From positions 2,752,001 to 2,816,000 of the forward strand of contig CAUVXB020000002.1 of assembly GCA_963555825.3 (NCBI GenBank): a stretch of 64,000 nt of DNA, written 5' to 3'. Both the position numbers and the translations under genes were made by a program. Position 1 is the first letter of the stretch. Every line of letters begins with the position of its first letter. The notes under the pieces are model-generated. The model saw nothing but the letters and a program-made list of their open reading frames with translations, was not told the DNA's origin and ran no database searches. Positions 1 to 8,689 of the stretch are shown piece after piece. Origin of the DNA: Alphaproteobacteria bacterium. GTDB taxonomy: Bacteria; Pseudomonadota; Alphaproteobacteria; JAAXGF01.

Positions 1-593
1 TAGACGGTCGCATGGACGGCGAGGAACCGCTGCGCGGACGCGGGCGATTTGAACCGCTGCATCTTTCGCTCTCGTCGTCGCACCGGCTGATGTGAATTTT
101 CTGCCCGATTGTTCTTTCGCAGGCCTTGCTCATGCTGAGCCGAGAGGGCAAGCAAACGGATCGCGGTGCCGTAGGAGCGGAGTTTATCGGTTACAATCGT
201 CGCCGGCGCGAAGCCCTGCTTCTTCAAGAGTTTCCGCATCAGCCGAATTGCCGCCCGAGCGTTCCTGCGGGATTGAACCAGGGAATCCAGGACTTCGCCC
301 TCACTGTCCACGGCACGCCAGAGATAGAACTGCCTCCCTCGAATTACGACGACCATCTCGTCCAGGTGCCAGCGTTCGGTCGGTCGTGGCCGCCGACGTT
401 GAATCCGCCGCGCATAGGCCCGACCGAATTTCAAGACCCATCTTCGAACTGTCTCATACGAGATGTCGAGACCACGCTCGGCAAGCAGGTCCTCAACGTC
501 CCGATAGCTCAGCGTGAAACGGCAATAGAGCCAGACGGCATGCTGGATGATGACCGGTGGAAAGCGGTGACGACGGTAGGATATCTTGCACAT
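1..593 (-). CDS. IS6-family transposase (3' end outside window)
   Basis: Manual translation: MCKISYRRHRFPPVIIQHAVWLY...RWHLDEMVVVIRGRQFYLWRAVDSEGEVLD...TDKLRSYG. Confidence 0.9.
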   Translation of the reverse strand, partial: MCKISYRRHRFPPVIIQHAVWLYCRFTLSYRDVEDLLAERGLDISYETVRRWVLKFGRAYARRIQRRRPRPTERWHLDEMVVVIRGRQFYLWRAVDSEGEVLDSLVQSRRNARAAIRLMRKLLKKQGFAPATIVTDKLRSYGTAIRLLALSAQHEQGLRKNNRAENSHQPVRRRERKMQRFKSPASAQRFLAVHATV

Positions 594-649
594 CCAGAGA
601 CGCTAAAGCACCGGCCGTGCCGAAGCCACGCTGTTAACGTGACAATGCC
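1..649 (-). mobile_element. IS6-family element, runs off window start
   Basis: Terminal IR GGCATTGTCACGTTAAC (minus strand) ends at 649; IS6 transposase inside. Confidence 0.9.
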
Positions 650-1386
650 CATCGCGCCATTCATGGGCGCTGTGCACGTTGCCCGGACGCAGGGCGCAAC
701 GCTCCAGATCGCCGAACTGGTTGAACACGAACAGCGGGTGATAGCACGTGCAGCCGAAGTGACCGTTGTAGGCCGTGCCCTCCTGGTCACCGTAGGTCGG
801 GCTGACGGAGCTGTCCATGTCGAGCACGATAATCTTCGGCGGCTTGCGCTCGTTAACCTGGTCGATCCAGATGCCCAAAAGGTCAGCGAGCGCGGCGAGG
901 TTGTCATTGGTGGCGAGTAACTCCGTCTCGAACCGGCCCATCTGGCTGGTCGATGCGCCGCCGCGCTCGACAGCCCTGCCGCCGACGATCCACCGCATCG
1001 CAGGATCGCGCCCCAGCCGGTCGGCGTCGTTCACGTCCTCGTACCCGGCGAGACGACCATAGACGGATTGGCGAAGGAGACCGATGATGCCGTGCCAACC
1101 GTTCTTGCCGGTCCGGCTGTCAGCAATAACGTCACCGGCCAGCGTGGTCAGGCCGAGGGCTTCGTCCAGTTCACGATAGGCGAGCAGACCAGCGTCTGAC
1201 GTGATCCGCGAACCGTGGAACTCGAACTTCAGTCTTCGGTCGAAAAACGCCCGCAGAAGCCCCCGATCCGACTCACCCTCCAGGTTCCGCATTCGACCCA
1301 CCCTCCGTCTGATCTAATCCACTGATTCTTATACAGGAATCAGACGGAAACCGCATCAGATGGATCGGTCACTTGGGGAATGCGGG
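650..1386 (-). pseudogene. IS1380-family transposase, 5' half, truncated by IS6
   Basis: FHGSRITSDAGLLAYRELD, GYEDVNDA, LDMDSS..GHFGCTCYHPLF; end CCCGCATTCCCCAA at 1386. Confidence 0.85.
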
Positions 1387-1536
1387 ATTAAGGTTGTCAT
1401 TTAATTCGGAGCGGGCGGGAGCGCCCACGATTAGGGGAATGCCGCGTTCCGCAGAGCGGTACAGAAGAAGTTTTGCAGCGCGTTCGCCCAGCGCGCCCGG
1501 TATGGAGGTTTTTCCTGGACTCGAAGAGGACTACAT

Positions 1537-1577
1537 AAAAAATGGCCGGTCCCACGCCAACTTGGCGGGAACCGGCC
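1537..1577 (-). terminator. Intrinsic terminator after ssb
   Basis: GGCCGGTCCC-CGCCAA / TTGGCG-GGAACCGGCC hairpin, A-run on + gives U-tract on minus. Confidence 0.7.
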
Positions 1578-1606
1578 CTGAGTTATGCGGGAGGGAGGAA
1601 GCCCGA

Positions 1607-2044
1607 TTAGAACGGAATTTCGCTGTCATCCACCGTCCCGGCGGTTTCGGCGGAAGGTACGGTGTTGCCGGTCATCGCTGGTGCGCCGTTACCGTTCGGC
1701 TTATCCAGGAACTGGACTCTGCCGCCGGGGACTAGCAGGATCTCGGTCGAGAACCGGTCGCTGTCCTCGCCGTCCTTGCGCCACTTGCGGGTCTGCAGCT
1801 TGCCCGAGACGTAGACCAGGCGGCCCTTCTTGGCGTGCTTCTCCAGCATCTCCACCAGGCCGTCCTGGAAGGTGACGATGCGGTGCCACTCGGTGCGGTC
1901 CACCTTGTCGCCGGAGTTCTTGTCGAGGTAGCTTTCGTCGGTCGCGATCGAGACGTTGGCGACACGGCCGCCGTTGGTGAGATGGCTGATGGTAGCGTCG
2001 GCGCCGAGGCGTCCGATCAGCTGCGCGTTATTCAGTCCGAACAT
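1607..2044 (-). CDS. ssb: Single-stranded DNA-binding protein
   Basis: LNNAQLIGRLGAD, TEWHRI, GRLVYVSGKLQTRKW, acidic tail DDSEIPF. Confidence 0.96.
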   Translation of the reverse strand: MFGLNNAQLIGRLGADATISHLTNGGRVANVSIATDESYLDKNSGDKVDRTEWHRIVTFQDGLVEMLEKHAKKGRLVYVSGKLQTRKWRKDGEDSDRFSTEILLVPGGRVQFLDKPNGNGAPAMTGNTVPSAETAGTVDDSEIPF

Positions 2045-2150
2045 GATCAATCTTCTATGAGCCGGGTTATGACATCGGGTTAGCGAACGGGGTCCGGTCT
2101 CTCTCGATCCCTTCTCCGTTCACTCTCTGAAAGCCCCCCTCTTTCTCTAT

Positions 2151-2342
2151 TCAGGCGTCCGCGCCGGATCGGTCCTGTGAGGCGAGAACTTCGCGGATCG
2201 CGTGGGCCGGCATTCCCACCGCAGCCAGCAGCGCGCCGGCGTCGGGAGGCGGTGCGGCGAAGTCGGCATCGGCATCGTTTGTGTTGCCGGGATTGAAAAG
2301 GGTGTCGTTGGAGTCGGTCGAACTATTAATGCGATCGAACAT
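2151..2342 (-). CDS. Small acidic hypothetical protein (63 aa)
   Basis: ATG preceded by GGAG; co-oriented with ssb. Confidence 0.5.
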   Translation of the reverse strand: MFDRINSSTDSNDTLFNPGNTNDADADFAAPPPDAGALLAAVGMPAHAIREVLASQDRSGADA

Positions 2343-2531
2343 TTTGCATCTCCGCTTGATAGGGTTGAGACACCGCCCGGTGGGAACTCTCTTGTCCCTT
2401 GGGCGCGTCGCCCTTCTCTTTGCCTTCCTCAAACTCTCGTGGACGCGGGTCGAGGCAGGCCGGAGTGTTCGGTGGCATGGCACGGTTTTGCCCGGAAAGA
2501 TTCTGAGCGCGGGCAGACGCCCCGCGGGTCG

Positions 2532-2846
2532 TCAGGTAGCTGCGTCGTTCGCGTCCATGATGACGATGACGGTGTCGTCGAGGCTGCCCCTCGCGCTCAT
2601 GAGCATGTTCTCCAAATGGAGAAGCCGATGGCGGAGCCCGGCGCGTTCGCCGCGGGACGGATTGCCGGGCAGGCGCATGATGGCGTTCCGCAGCTCGGCG
2701 AAGCGTTCCGCCAGATCCTTCATGCGTGCGGCGGCCTCGCGGGCGCCGGTCCGGGCTTCCGGCAGGAAACCGCCAGGATCTGGCCAAGCGCCGGGCACAG
2801 TGTTGAAATCGTCGGCGCCACGGTGCGATGTGAGGGTATCGAGCAT
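2532..2846 (-). CDS. Hypothetical helical protein (104 aa)
   Basis: GGAGACCCAG-ATG start; co-oriented with ssb. Confidence 0.55.
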   Translation of the reverse strand: MLDTLTSHRGADDFNTVPGAWPDPGGFLPEARTGAREAAARMKDLAERFAELRNAIMRLPGNPSRGERAGLRHRLLHLENMLMSARGSLDDTVIVIMDANDAAT

Positions 2847-3485
2847 CTGGGTCTCCGTGGATTGTAAAACAGGGTGGCGGCGATACCGGGGGAAGTGGCT
2901 CCCCCGCGCACCGCCCGGATCGCCCCTGCCGTGCTGCTCCCGGCCTCTCCGTGCCGCGTCGTGCGGTTGGCCAGGGTCGTGCGGAAACGGTGCCCACGTT
3001 TCCCGTCTGCTGCTGTCATGCAGCCCGCGGTGATGGTGGACCGGGCACCGGTCGAATCCAAGCCGCGCGCCGGGCGGCCGCAATTCTCAACATGGCGGGT
3101 TGGATTGTTCGAGCCGGCCGGCGGCGCAAAGGCGCAAATTCGCCGAGGCCGGGCGGGGGACGGCAACAACCGTTCGGACGCCCCGTGGCGGATACAGGGG
3201 AACGTGTGATTTACGCTGAGTGCGTTGCTGCCGCTGGCCGGCGTTCGAGGATGCGGCCGGGGCCGATGTATTCGGGCACGAACCCACCCGGGCGCCAGGA
3301 AACGGCCCCGAGGCTGCAGCCCATGCGGTTGAACGCCGCGAGGCCGCCGCCGGCCGGTCCCTCGATCCCGATCCGCCCGGCCCACCCCGGTTGCCGCCTT
3401 GCGAGGCGCCAGCCATCAGCGGTATCGCTTCGTGTATTCCGGCCGGCCGCCTCGGTGCCTGTCGAGCGATCCCGCCGAACGCCGA

Positions 3486-4301
3486 TCAATACCCGATCAG
3501 GGCCGCCATGGGTGAAACGTCGGAAATCACTTCCACATCTTCACGGGACAACCGGGCGTACGCCAGGCTCATCGCCACTTCGGCCATGGAGTCCCATGTC
3601 CCGTGATCAGCGCCCGTCGCGATCTCGATGACCGTGTAGCGAGGCGGCAGGATCGGCAGGCCGCGATGCTCGTCCGAGCGCAGGTACGAGCGGCGGGCGC
3701 ACTCCGGGCACCGGGCCGCGCCCTGGGCCGGTGCGGCGCAATCTATGCAAAGCCCTCGCACCCGGCGCCGGACGTAACGCCGGCGGCCTCGGGCGTTCTT
3801 CGCCTTCTTCCTTGAGGGTTTGGCCGCGCTCCTGGCGCACCGTTCGCAACGCGCGCTGCCGTCGGGGGCGGGCGCACCGCATCTGCCGCACTCGCCAGCT
3901 GCACGCCGCGCGGCATATTGTTCCCGCTCGCTTTCACCCCTCACCTCGCGGCAGGGTTCGCACACCGTGCCGCCTTCCACGGGCTGTTGCTTTGCGCAAC
4001 GCGTGCACAGGCCAGCCTCCCGCCGTGCCCGGTCGCGCCGCTTGCTCCTGTCACTCGCGCTCCTGCGGCACCGTTCGGCATCTCTGCCGGCGTAAAGTAT
4101 GCCGGCTGCCCTGGCCTTCGCGCACCTTGCGCGCTCGGCCTGGCGCCGCTTCTCGCCGCAACACTGGCACAAGCTGTGATCCGCCACGGGCCGGGCCTCT
4201 CCGCATCTTGGACACATGCCGCGGGAGAGGCGTTCGGCGGTAATGCGTTCATAACGCCGCCGCCCGCCCGCACGTTCTTTATCGGGGTCTTTGTATGGCA
4301 T
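3486..4301 (-). CDS. Arg-rich protein with four tandem CxxC..CxxC zinc-finger repeats (271 aa)
   Basis: GGAGGAAC-ATG; repeats GMCPRC..CQCC, GLCTRC..CEPC, GECGRC..CERC, GLCIDC..CPEC. Confidence 0.8.
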   Translation of the reverse strand: MPYKDPDKERAGGRRRYERITAERLSRGMCPRCGEARPVADHSLCQCCGEKRRQAERARCAKARAAGILYAGRDAERCRRSASDRSKRRDRARREAGLCTRCAKQQPVEGGTVCEPCREVRGESEREQYAARRAAGECGRCGAPAPDGSARCERCARSAAKPSRKKAKNARGRRRYVRRRVRGLCIDCAAPAQGAARCPECARRSYLRSDEHRGLPILPPRYTVIEIATGADHGTWDSMAEVAMSLAYARLSREDVEVISDVSPMAALIGY

Positions 4302-4393
4302 GTTCCTCCCTTCCGCGGTTGTAGTCCTGACGAAGGACGTCCGGCCCGCCTGCGGCGCCTTCGGCCGGCGGAGCATCTCCGGGGGCAAGCCGC

Positions 4394-4717
4394 TTAGCGC
4401 CCCTTGCGCTGGCGCTCCGCGAACAGGCCCGTTGCCGCCGATCCCCAATACTGGATGCCGGAGCCGGCGATCTTCAAGCCGGTGCACACGATGATCTCGT
4501 CCCGCTCCGGCCGCATGCGCTGGACGGCGCTGAGCGACATCACCTGGCGCGGTTGCTTGCCGGTCTTCGACTTGCCCTTGCAGGGCCAACGGACGATCTC
4601 GCCGTCGAACGTCGACTTGTACCGCTCGACGACATAGCGGTTATCGTCGAGACCGAGCTTGAACATATGGATGAGAAAGGTGCGCGCGCTGGCGCCGGGC
4701 GCCGTGACTGTCTGCAT
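4394..4717 (-). CDS. Hypothetical protein (107 aa)
   Basis: GGAG RBS, GC3-biased codons, globular-looking sequence. Confidence 0.6.
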   Translation of the reverse strand: MQTVTAPGASARTFLIHMFKLGLDDNRYVVERYKSTFDGEIVRWPCKGKSKTGKQPRQVMSLSAVQRMRPERDEIIVCTGLKIAGSGIQYWGSAATGLFAERQRKGR

Positions 4718-4930
4718 GATGCCGTCTCCCCTGGGATCGGTGGTTGCGAGCGGCGGGGACGCCCTCCCGGACATCCATCCGCCGCCCTGCTCCCGGCCAG
4801 GCTCGACCTCTCGGAGCTGCGGCGGCGCAACCACGGCTGGATGACGGGGACATGGCGCAAGCCGTCGCCCCATGGCAACGATGGGTAGCGGACTAAAGCG
4901 CAATCAAGGTCGCGGATGATGGAGGCGGCG

Positions 4931-5104
4931 ATGGCGAGCATGAAGAATGTGCTAACGCCGGAGATCGCGGCCGAGATCAAGAAGCTGGCGGCGAGCACCG
5001 ATCTCTACCAGCACGAGATCGCTGTCTTGGTGAAATTGAACCAGGGGCGCGTGAGCGAAGTGCTCGCTGGGAAGCGGTTCCAAGAAGTCCTGCCGGCAAC
5101 GTGA
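4931..5104 (+). CDS. Small HTH DNA-binding protein
   Basis: GGAGG RBS; LYQHEIAVLVKLNQGRVSEVLAG HTH pattern; divergent from ssb block. Confidence 0.7.
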   Translation: MASMKNVLTPEIAAEIKKLAASTDLYQHEIAVLVKLNQGRVSEVLAGKRFQEVLPAT

Positions 5105-5129
5105 CCAGGACCACGCCGGGTAACAAGAC

Positions 5130-5160
5130 GGGGAGCGGCGAACGCCGCTTCCCCTTTTTT
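5130..5160 (+). terminator. Intrinsic terminator
   Basis: GGGGAGCGGCG-AA-CGCCGCTTCCCC followed by T6. Confidence 0.85.
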
Positions 5161-5253
5161 GGTGCCGTCGAATAGTGTGGGTGACGATACCCCAGGCCTC
5201 GAGCACCTGGAGCGTTTACTAACTAAATGGCGGCCAGTTGCAGAGCACCGAGC

Positions 5254-5694
5254 CTAACGATTTTCTAGCGACCACCCGGTAGGCGCGACCGGAAAGTCGC
5301 CAGTCATTGTACCGACGTGGTAGACTGTCATGTTTTGTAGACAGCCCTTCGCGCGATTCGGATTGCGCGATTTGGACTTCGTGAACAACGTACCACTGAG
5401 CAACCGCTTCCGCTTCTTCTTTCCGTTAAGCTCGTAATTCGTTATGCAATACTGAAGTTGCGTCATGGCAGGTGGGAGTTGTTCATCTTCGAATTGTGAA
5501 CGCATCGCCTCCAAGAATTTCCCAGATGTCTTCTTAATCTCTAGTTCGAAATCCGCATCGTGTGGGTAGCTGTTCTTGTAGTATCCACAAATCTGGCTGC
5601 AAACCTGACCGAGGGAATCGCCAGACACCATATGGATTTTGACTGCGCTCACCACACACATGTCGAACACATCCTGCGGCATATAGCTAGCCAT
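5254..5694 (-). CDS. Hypothetical protein, lower GC
   Basis: 146-aa ORF in a lower-GC patch; no motif recognised. Confidence 0.55.
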   Translation of the reverse strand: MASYMPQDVFDMCVVSAVKIHMVSGDSLGQVCSQICGYYKNSYPHDADFELEIKKTSGKFLEAMRSQFEDEQLPPAMTQLQYCITNYELNGKKKRKRLLSGTLFTKSKSRNPNRAKGCLQNMTVYHVGTMTGDFPVAPTGWSLENR

Positions 5695-5970
5695 TGGATC
5701 GGGTCCAGTTCGTTGACATGGGCGGGTCCCCTCCCGGTTGGAGGGAGGGCGCACTTGACGGCGCGAGGGCGGTAGATAGCTTGCCCACGGCTCTGTGCGG
5801 TTCGGTGCGCTCTCCCAAAGGTGACACCGGACCCCTTGCTAGGCCGGGACCGGCCTCATCCGATTTTGGGTAGTGTATTCATTTGACTTTCACGGCAAGC
5901 CGTAAAATATTGACGGACGCTGTAGCTTACAGCAAGCTACAGTACTAACCAGGATATGATGAGGCTGATT

Positions 5971-6069
5971 ATGCCAGTAGGACCAAACGGAGAAAAGAGA
6001 CCAGTTAGCTCGGTTTCCAGTGTGGTTAAAGCCATGAGAGTGGCTACCTTTCTAAAAATCCGAAACTGA
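5971..6069 (+). pseudogene. Truncated small protein of the MPxGPxGEKRP family
   Basis: MPVGPNGEKRPVSSVSSVVKAMRVAT resembles, from memory, the N-terminus of a common small mobile-region hypothetical; stops after 32 aa. Confidence 0.4.
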
Positions 6070-6489
6070 CTTCACTTTCTTCTTAGATTTCTTAACGCGC
6101 CGTACAGGCACTTGTTTGTCAATCCGAGGCTTTCCGTCCACGTATTCCTCTTTTTTAATTTCAAGCGTACCCGAGAATTTCCAGATTTCGGTCTCATAAC
6201 CTTTGGCCTTTTGGTACCAAAACCCTTCGGTGGCACATTCCTCTAGGGAGCACTTAGGTTTGAGTATGTAGATGATTGTTTGAAGGTCATCATCGTCTAT
6301 ATGGTCCACTTTGTAATGCCCTTCGGGTTGTATTCTAGCCGTTTTTCTAAATTCCCACGGGATACCGGTCTCATAGTTACGACCATGAAAATCAAACGAT
6401 ACCTCATCATGTCTGACAATCATTCTCTCAACCTCGAGAGAAAATGCATTAGGTTCAACGTCTAGCATTCCTGTGTACTTAATATTCAT
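6052..6489 (-). CDS. Hypothetical protein, AT-rich, basic C-tail
   Basis: 145-aa ORF; IS256 end lies 3 bp upstream of its ATG. Confidence 0.55.
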   Translation of the reverse strand: MNIKYTGMLDVEPNAFSLEVERMIVRHDEVSFDFHGRNYETGIPWEFRKTARIQPEGHYKVDHIDDDDLQTIIYILKPKCSLEECATEGFWYQKAKGYETEIWKFSGTLEIKKEEYVDGKPRIDKQVPVRRVKKSKKKVKSVSDF

Positions 6490-6492
6490 GAT

Positions 6493-7930
6493 GGGGATGT
6501 CCCGGTATTTGTTGAAACTTTGAATTAGGGTGGCGTTGCTTCCCCTGAGCCGTAGGCTCGGGGTGCTTAAACCAAGAAAGGAAGCAACACCATGAAGACG
6601 ACTACCACATCCGCGACCGCGCTGGCCAGTGCGGCGAATGTTCACGCCCTTGTTAAAGAGGCCTTTGACGCGGTCGGGGCGAGCTTTGAGCGGTTCTGCC
6701 TGATGGCTGGCATTGAAAGCCTGACACAGATGCTGGGAGAAGACGTGGACACGCTTGCGGGTGGGCGATATGAGCACCGTCCAGACAAGCCTGGCTACCG
6801 ATGGGGTCAGGCCAAGGCGCAGGTTGGGTTCCATGGGGGCAAGATCGAAGTTGATCGCCCGCGTGTCCGCAACAAGGCGACGGGTAAAGAGATGACGCTG
6901 CCGAGTTGGGAAGAGATTGCCGCTGGCGGCTTTCTCGATCAGTGGGCCGTGAACCTGATGGTGATGAACGTCGCGACCCGACAATTTGGCCGGGCGGTGC
7001 GCCTGCCGGAAGCCCGGGTTCCGGCACAAGTTGGCAGCGGGCTTTCAAAGTCTGCGGTCTCACGTCGCTTCAAGGCCCTGACGCAGGCGCATTTCAATGA
7101 TTGGATGGGGTCCGATCTGTCCGAGCACGACATCATTGCGATCCAGATCGACGGACTGCATCTGGACGATCGCCTATTGATGATCGGAGCCGTCGGCATT
7201 GACGTTTTGGGGGAAAAGCACCCTCTGGGCGTCATTGAGGGGGCCACAGAGAACACCGCTACCGTGCAGGCCCTGCTCGATAACCTGATTGAGCGCGGCC
7301 TTGATCCGGAGGGCTGTTACCTCTTCATCGTGGACGGTGCCAAAGCGCTCACCAAGGCCATCCGGCGTACCTTCGGCGCAGACATCCCCATTCAGCGTTG
7401 CCAGATCCACAAGGCTCGCAACATTACCGACAGGCTCGACCCGAAGCATCACGCAGCTGTGCGACGTGCTCTGAAGCAGGCATGGGAACTGGATGACGCC
7501 GACAAGGCTGAGCGCTTGATGCGCAATCTGGCGCGGAGGCTGGAGATGGAAGCGCCGGATGTGTCGAAATCGATCCTCGAAGGCATCGATGAAATCCTGA
7601 CTGTCGTCAGACTTGGCCTTCCGTTGGAATTGCGGCGCTCACTGGCCAGTACCAACATCATTGAATCCATGAACAGCGTTATCCGCCGCGTCTGCCGAAA
7701 TGTGAAGCGCTGGCGGGATGCAAAAATGGCCTTGCGCTGGACTTCCGCCGGGATGTTCGAAGCGCAGAAAGGCTTTCGCCGCATCAAAGCATACAAGCAA
7801 CTGCCCATTCTCAAGCAAGCTCTCATCGATCACCGCGAAAAAGCCAAACTTGACCAGTTGAAGGACGCAGCATAACCTCCCATCAAGCAGCGCCGCTCAG
7901 GCGAGTTTCAACACAGACTGGGACATTCCC
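6493..7930 (+). mobile_element. IS256-family element
   Basis: IRs GGGGATGTCCC..TGTTGAAA / GGGAATGTCCC..TGTTGAAA; no matching TSD. Confidence 0.9.
6592..7875 (+). CDS. IS256-family transposase
   Basis: IQIDG, EGATEN, IVDGAKAL, QRCQIHK, STNIIES. Confidence 0.95.
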   Translation: MKTTTTSATALASAANVHALVKEAFDAVGASFERFCLMAGIESLTQMLGEDVDTLAGGRYEHRPDKPGYRWGQAKAQVGFHGGKIEVDRPRVRNKATGKEMTLPSWEEIAAGGFLDQWAVNLMVMNVATRQFGRAVRLPEARVPAQVGSGLSKSAVSRRFKALTQAHFNDWMGSDLSEHDIIAIQIDGLHLDDRLLMIGAVGIDVLGEKHPLGVIEGATENTATVQALLDNLIERGLDPEGCYLFIVDGAKALTKAIRRTFGADIPIQRCQIHKARNITDRLDPKHHAAVRRALKQAWELDDADKAERLMRNLARRLEMEAPDVSKSILEGIDEILTVVRLGLPLELRRSLASTNIIESMNSVIRRVCRNVKRWRDAKMALRWTSAGMFEAQKGFRRIKAYKQLPILKQALIDHREKAKLDQLKDAA

Positions 7931-8070
7931 CAAGCTCGGCATGGCCCAGTGCAACATCGTCCAACTGCTGCAAGGACAGCTCGAGGCAGCACACCTGGTG
8001 ACCCGCTTCCTTGAGCCACGCTGCCGGCTGCGCGAGGGCGAAGGGTTGGCGGCCCAGCTCATACGGAACC

Positions 8071-8671
8071 TGTCAACGACTTTGAGACAGTGACGATTAC
8101 GATTTACTGAGCAGTTTCTCCTGTTGTGGGTGTCACAGGTGGGTTGATCCAGACGGCTTGGGGAAGGGGATCCGGTTGTGGGATCCCTCGAACGAAGCGT
8201 TCGGGATGACGGGTCCAGGCGGCTTGCAGGGTCCGCCCGCGCTGCTCCAACACGCTCTGGGTTCGATTGTGATGCACGTCGTCCGGGGTGAGCATCGCGA
8301 TCCCGCCATGGCGATGTTCGGTGTTGTACCAAGGGAAGAACGTTCGGCAGAAGGCGATCGCGGCGGTGATGTCGTGGAAGCGGCCAGGGAAGCCGGGGTG
8401 GTACTTCAGGGTCTTGAACTGCGCCTCGGAGAAGGGGTTGTCGTCGGACACCTGAGGGCGGCTCAGTGAACGGGTCACGCCGAGGTCGGCGAGCAGTTGT
8501 GCGGTGCACTTGCTCGTCATCGGCGCGCCGCGGTCGGAGTGCAGGGTGAGCACCTGGGGCTGGACGCCCTGTTTGTGGCAGGTCTCTTCGATGAGACGAC
8601 CGGCCAGCGCCGAGTTCTCCCGGTCTGCGACCATCCAGCCGACCGCGTAGCGGCTGAAGATGTCGAGCACG
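8071..8671 (-). pseudogene. IS3-family transposase 3' remnant with right IR
   Basis: LDIFSRY, LHSDRG, DDNPFSEAQFKTLK; ends ..GTTGACA. Confidence 0.85.
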
Positions 8672-8689
8672 GAGCTATAGCTGAATCTT

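Noticed and set aside
126-920. 264-aa plus-strand ORF
   Set aside because: Antisense shadow spanning the IS6 and IS1380 transposases
2850-3485. oriT or additional CDSs (e.g. 3211..3489)
   Set aside because: No recognisable nic motif and no relaxase in the window; the ORFs are low-complexity GC-rich frames
6052-7029. 325-aa ORF as a single gene
   Set aside because: Its N-terminal part is the antisense strand of IS256
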